From Vulcanimicrobiota bacterium (lineage in GTDB: Bacteria > Vulcanimicrobiota > Xenobia > Xenobiales > JADMJV01): a DNA stretch of 64,000 bases. A program made the translations under genes and the position numbers. Below, in pieces: positions 59,714 to 64,000 of the stretch. The DNA is taken from NCBI GenBank assembly GCA_050250895.1, contig JBFWNU010000003.1, positions 128,001 through 192,000 on the forward strand, given 5' to 3'. How positions within the stretch are numbered: the stretch's first letter is position 1; the number at the start of each line of letters is the position of its first letter. Under the pieces are notes generated by a model. The model saw only the letters and a list, made by a program, of their open reading frames with translations, was not told where the DNA came from and did not search any database.

Positions 59714-61123
59714 GTGGCAACGACTATAGGCAATACTCCCTCTTCGGTCACCACGACCGCGCCCTCTCGCCCCGCCACGGTCGCCAGCCAACCCAAAGTC
59801 GAGTCGGGCCCGAAAGAGACTTTCACCCCCGGCGAGCCGGCCGGTCCCCCTAAGCAGAGCGAGGTGCTGGCTCTATTCGCTAAGAATGGCGAGGCCCGCT
59901 CGGCCGCCAGCGACCTGATCCGCAGTGAGGGCGTGGGCGCTCCCGATGCCGAGCAGCGCCAGCGCCTGATGGGCGAGCTGTCCGGGGTCGATAAGGACGT
60001 GTTGCAACTGGCGGCCGACAGCGGCCTGAAATTCGCCGTGGCCGATCCTGGTGACAACCTGGTCGAACTGGGGGCGGTCAAGCCGCTCGACCCTGAAGCC
60101 ATCAAGGCCGATCTCCCTGACATGAAGGCGGCCGGCGACAACTATCTCGAAGCTTCGGGCCCGCTGGCCTCGAAGATGGCCGACCTCTACAACCAGCGAA
60201 ACGCTTATATCCAAGAGAAAGGCTACACCCAAGAGCAGCTGGCGACGGTCGACGATCCCAAGCTGCGCGGCATCGAGTCCCAATTTCTCGAGACCCGTGG
60301 CCAGCTGATGGGCGAGGCCAGCAAGATGCTCGAATCTGGAGTGCGCCAGTTTATCCCGCCCCAGGGGGAAGGGATGCCGCGCACCACCGCTCTCGAGTCG
60401 GTGGCCATCAGCCAGGGAGCCCAGACTCCCGAAGAGATCAAAGAGTTCACCGACATGGTCAAGACGCTCAACGCCGACCGGCTGGCCGGCATGGGCGAGC
60501 GCGGCCTCGCGGCCCTGCAAGCTCAGGCCCAGTCTGGCGACGCCCAACAGGCCGAGCAGGCCAAGGCCTATCTTGAGGCGGCCGAGCGCAAGGGTCTGAC
60601 CATGATCAACTGGCAAGAAGAGCCGCTGATCATTCCCGACATGCAGTATCATCGCGACCCCGACGCTCCCGCTGGCAGCCCCGGTCTGCGGCTGGACACC
60701 CACGACATGAACGTGCTCAACGAGTGGGGCGGGGGCACTACCACCGTCACTCCTTTCAATCCTGACGATCCCAACGGAGCCACCGGCGGCGTGCGACTGC
60801 CCAAGTCCAACCTGGTCTTGTTGCGTAGCGGCGTCGAGGGTGAGGGAGTGCACGAGTTAGGCCACGCCATCGAGGGCATCGTCGAGCAAAAAGATCCTCA
60901 GTTCCATCAGCAGTGGTCGAGCCAGGTGCAGCAAGCCTTCCTCAACGGTCAGGCCAGCGGTCAGGGCGTGACTCGCTACTCGCTGACCAACCCCGACGAA
61001 TACATCGCCGAGGGGTTCTCTCATTTCTACGAAGATCCCCAACTGCTCAAAGCCAAAGACCCGGCGCTGTTCGGCCTGAGTGAACAACTGGTCGCCAGGG
61101 CCCGTGAACTCGGCGCCCAGTGA
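59714..61123 (+). CDS. zinc metallopeptidase, anthrax-lethal-factor-like C-terminal domain
   Basis: VHELGHAIE; YSLTNPDEYIAEGF; L..KDP.LF; S/T/P-rich N-terminus. Confidence 0.8.
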   Translation: MATTIGNTPSSVTTTAPSRPATVASQPKVESGPKETFTPGEPAGPPKQSEVLALFAKNGEARSAASDLIRSEGVGAPDAEQRQRLMGELSGVDKDVLQLAADSGLKFAVADPGDNLVELGAVKPLDPEAIKADLPDMKAAGDNYLEASGPLASKMADLYNQRNAYIQEKGYTQEQLATVDDPKLRGIESQFLETRGQLMGEASKMLESGVRQFIPPQGEGMPRTTALESVAISQGAQTPEEIKEFTDMVKTLNADRLAGMGERGLAALQAQAQSGDAQQAEQAKAYLEAAERKGLTMINWQEEPLIIPDMQYHRDPDAPAGSPGLRLDTHDMNVLNEWGGGTTTVTPFNPDDPNGATGGVRLPKSNLVLLRSGVEGEGVHELGHAIEGIVEQKDPQFHQQWSSQVQQAFLNGQASGQGVTRYSLTNPDEYIAEGFSHFYEDPQLLKAKDPALFGLSEQLVARARELGAQ

Positions 61124-61407
61124 AAATCGTCTTCCACCGCTACCTCGAGACGGCCGACTCGCTCGAGGTCGGCGAAGAGGTCGGCGAGCTGTGCATCCAC
61201 GACGAAGAGTTCGACCTTTTCTTTGACGACCCCGATTTGCAGCGGCGAGTGTTGGAGCTGATCGAAGAAGACGGGTTACTCAAGCGAGTCGCCCAGGGCC
61301 CGGCCACCCGTTTCGTGGCTCCCGAGCCTCTCTCGAAAGAGTGGGCCCAGTTGTTGGTCGAGCGGCTCGAACGCAAGGACTTTCGCCTGTGCGGGAAGTT
61401 CACTTAA
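61120..61407 (+). CDS. small acidic hypothetical protein
   Basis: GTGA overlap with the peptidase stop. Confidence 0.7.
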   Translation: MKIVFHRYLETADSLEVGEEVGELCIHDEEFDLFFDDPDLQRRVLELIEEDGLLKRVAQGPATRFVAPEPLSKEWAQLLVERLERKDFRLCGKFT

Positions 61408-62297
61408 AGCGACTCGAAGAGCTTTACGGCTGTCTTGAAGAACGGCCGGGAAATCCTTGCGGCCAGTGCCGCGAATGCTGCACCGACGGGGGAGCCAACC
61501 TGCACCGGGTGACCGAGTTAGAACTCGACCTCATCGAAGAGCGGGTGGGCCCGGTCGAGGACTTTCGGCGCTACCTGGCTCGCACTGGCGAGTTCCACCT
61601 GTGCCCTTTTTATGACGAGCAGGCCCGCGGCTGCGGGATCTATGCGGTAAGACCCTTCTCGTGCCGTATCTTCGGCCACTATCGTTCAGACGCGACCCGG
61701 CTGCCCGAAGTGTGTGTCTTTCGGGGTCAGGAAAGAATCTTCGGGTCCTACTTCGAGGAAGTGCCCCAGGCTCGCCAGTTGCGTGAACTCGTGCGGGATT
61801 ACTGGCCGCATCGCCAGCAGCGTGTCTCGCTAGGTCAACCTACCGCTCCGGGACCCGATGCCGACCCGTTGGAGCAGGCCCTATGGCTGCAACACCAGGG
61901 CCACTTTGATGAAGCCCTGGCTCAACTCGAGTCGGCCGACCTCTCGCGGACCCCGTATTTCCTCTATTGCCTGGCTTTGATCCTCGAGGGTCTCGGTCAA
62001 TTCGCGCCGGCTCAGGCCGCCCTCGAAGAAGCCCTCGAGGCCGCTCCCGAGGTGGGAACGCTCTGGTTTCGCCTGGGCTGCGTCCGCTTCTCGCGCGGAC
62101 TCGATGCGGTGGCGGCTTTTGACCAGGCCTGCCGCTTTGACCCTGACAATGGTCGAGCCTGGGGGTTTCTGGGCTGTGCCTGGCTGCAGAAAGGGTGCCC
62201 GAGCGAAGCGGTCGAGCCGCTTCGCCGGGCGGTCGAGATGATTCCTGAGGAGGACGCGTTCGCGCGTTATCTGGCTCTGGCTACTGGCTCACCATGA
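61389..62297 (+). CDS. YkgJ-family cysteine-cluster protein with TPR repeats
   Basis: CGQCRECC, CPFY and CGIYAVRPFSCR; C-terminal TPRs; start uncertain. Confidence 0.82.
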   Translation: MREVHLKRLEELYGCLEERPGNPCGQCRECCTDGGANLHRVTELELDLIEERVGPVEDFRRYLARTGEFHLCPFYDEQARGCGIYAVRPFSCRIFGHYRSDATRLPEVCVFRGQERIFGSYFEEVPQARQLRELVRDYWPHRQQRVSLGQPTAPGPDADPLEQALWLQHQGHFDEALAQLESADLSRTPYFLYCLALILEGLGQFAPAQAALEEALEAAPEVGTLWFRLGCVRFSRGLDAVAAFDQACRFDPDNGRAWGFLGCAWLQKGCPSEAVEPLRRAVEMIPEEDAFARYLALATGSP

Positions 62298-62428
62298 ACA
62301 AGAGAATCAGGCTCGCCACTACCACCACGCTCAGGTCGAGTAGATGGGGCAAACCGGATGCCCCCCCCTTAACCATCGGGACCTGTTGGTGGCCGCGTCC
62401 AGGTGGTCTACTGAAGGTGGAGGAACAC

Positions 62429-63121
62429 ATGAAAAATTCCAATCGACTCAATCGTCTCGATGGCGAGATACAATCCCCTGCGGGGCTGTCACCCGAGAGC
62501 GCCTGGAAGCCCGTCGGCGACCAGATGCAGCGAGCTTCCGATGTGTGGCTGGCGGGGGACCCCTTCGAGATGCTGAGCGGAGGTCACCTGGAGTGGAAAC
62601 GCAAGATCCAGGAGCGCCTGCAGGTGCCCAAAGACTCGAGCCTGGGACTGAGGATGCGCTTCGTGCCCGCCAACCGCGAGACCCGCCTTGACCTGCCGAC
62701 CATGGTTCACGAAGTGCTCGAGGCCGTCGAGTCACCGGAGGACGGACGTCTGTTCGTTCACGCCGAGGTGACCGACGACACCGAGGCCGGACTGTACCTG
62801 GCTCACGACAATCGTCCCCCAGCGCTGACCACCCAGGTCTGGCTACATTCGGGCCACAAAGAGGGCCGGCTCAAGAGGCTCTCGGGACCGATCCACCTCA
62901 ACCTGCTGTTCCACGATCCGGGAGTGCGCTTCGCGGGCTTGTGGCGTGACGGCACCATGGACTGGCTGCTGGGCATCGTGCACACCATGCTCAACACCCA
63001 GCACAACGTGATTCAAGAACTCTCGCTGGCCCGTTCCAACGCTCGCCAGGGCGGCATCTCGATCGGAGCCGAACTGGTGCACCAACTGGAAGGAGCCGGC
63101 CTCAAAGACCGTTTTGCTTGA
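62429..63121 (+). CDS. hypothetical protein
   Basis: GGAGGA upstream of ATG 62429. Confidence 0.7.
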   Translation: MKNSNRLNRLDGEIQSPAGLSPESAWKPVGDQMQRASDVWLAGDPFEMLSGGHLEWKRKIQERLQVPKDSSLGLRMRFVPANRETRLDLPTMVHEVLEAVESPEDGRLFVHAEVTDDTEAGLYLAHDNRPPALTTQVWLHSGHKEGRLKRLSGPIHLNLLFHDPGVRFAGLWRDGTMDWLLGIVHTMLNTQHNVIQELSLARSNARQGGISIGAELVHQLEGAGLKDRFA

Positions 63122-64000
63122 TGAGGACGCTTTCGATGGGAGTTCCATCGATGTTCAGAGGACTGAGTTCCAGCCCTTCTTCCGTCTGGCTCAAGCGAAA
63201 CCAGTCTGCGTAGGCGTGGCCCAACTCGGCCACCTCGGGACGAAATTCGTCCCACCGGGTGGGGAGGGGCTGGCCTTGCGATTGCAGTCGCTTGAGTTCG
63301 AGCAGGATGATCAGGGCTGCCAGTCCTCGCCGTTGACTTTCGGTCACCGAGAAGAACAGGCGAGGATGCTCGGCCAGGGGGGCCATGCCGTGATCGTCCT
63401 CACCGGTGAGAGCGACCAGCTCTGACCGGGTCAGGGGCCTGGCCGAAGCCTCGGGCGGGAGCTTGGACAACGCCCGCCAAAAAGCATTGTACTGATAGAC
63501 CAGCAAACGACGCTGGAAGAAATGGTCCTCCGACACGGCCTCGGGGACCGTTCCTTTCACCCACTCGAGCAGTTCGGGCTGGGCTGAGGGAAGGCCCTGG
63601 GCCAGGTCGGTGCGCCGCAACGCCTTGTTGGTCCAGCGCTCCCAGGTGGCCGGAGGATAGTTGCCATCCCGGAACTGCGTCCACAGATCAAAGGGAGGAA
63701 AGGTCCCGGGCACGATGGTCTGGCGGACCAGTTCGACCTCGATGGCGCTCGGGGTGGCCACCGGGCTCCACCTGTCTTCGGGGGGCGCAAAATGGAACGA
63801 CTCGAGCCCGAGCGCCCGGATGCTCAGCTTGTTCCAGGGGCGTTCCCCGTTCCATTCTGAATCGACGGCTTCCAACCAAAGCTGGCTCCATTGCCGGGCC
63901 TCTTCCAGATCTTTGACCCCGCCAGCCTCGTTGATGCGCACGATCACTGGGTGCTGTTCATAGGCCGCAGGCAGGTCTTCCAGGGATGGGCTGGGCACCG
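63102..64000 (-). CDS. hypothetical protein, 5'-truncated by the window edge
   Basis: Open frame extending to the window end. Confidence 0.65.
   Translation of the reverse strand, partial: VPSPSLEDLPAAYEQHPVIVRINEAGGVKDLEEARQWSQLWLEAVDSEWNGERPWNKLSIRALGLESFHFAPPEDRWSPVATPSAIEVELVRQTIVPGTFPPFDLWTQFRDGNYPPATWERWTNKALRRTDLAQGLPSAQPELLEWVKGTVPEAVSEDHFFQRRLLVYQYNAFWRALSKLPPEASARPLTRSELVALTGEDDHGMAPLAEHPRLFFSVTESQRRGLAALIILLELKRLQSQGQPLPTRWDEFRPEVAELGHAYADWFRLSQTEEGLELSPLNIDGTPIESVLIKQNGL

Noticed and set aside
1-64000. tRNA, rRNA or prophage genes
   Set aside because: None recognised by eye; tRNAscan-SE and Infernal were not run

Overview
GC-rich, densely coding bacterial window. The style of its hypothetical proteins suggests Vulcanimicrobiota/Eremiobacterota, but this is an impression only. 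Recognisable genes: pepT, lgt, glgP, cydAB, a GntR/YtrA-SPFH operon, and a seven-gene Mo/Se-linked purine-catabolism-type cluster (xdh, ssnA-like, two PLP enzymes, ygfK-like, ygeY, ygeW). The most striking unexplained structure is a repeated ~1.7 kb element. It consists of a conserved non-coding leader, a DUF222-like/HNH endonuclease gene, and a ~240-nt highly structured sequence starting immediately after the stop codon. The element occurs twice complete (20781-22518, 55275-56920) and once as the structured sequence alone (53704-53941). All three structured copies are followed by opposite-strand Rhs toxin/immunity DNA. Other highlights: an exported thioredoxin with an in-frame UGA (W-U-G-A-C) and a SECIS-like hairpin, which the ORF track calls only downstream of the UGA; a C-terminal motif shared by three unrelated signal-peptide-less proteins; a P450 lacking ExxR; an orphan metallo-beta-lactamase C-terminal fragment; and many apparently leaderless genes. 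All calls come from reading motifs by eye; no searches were run.
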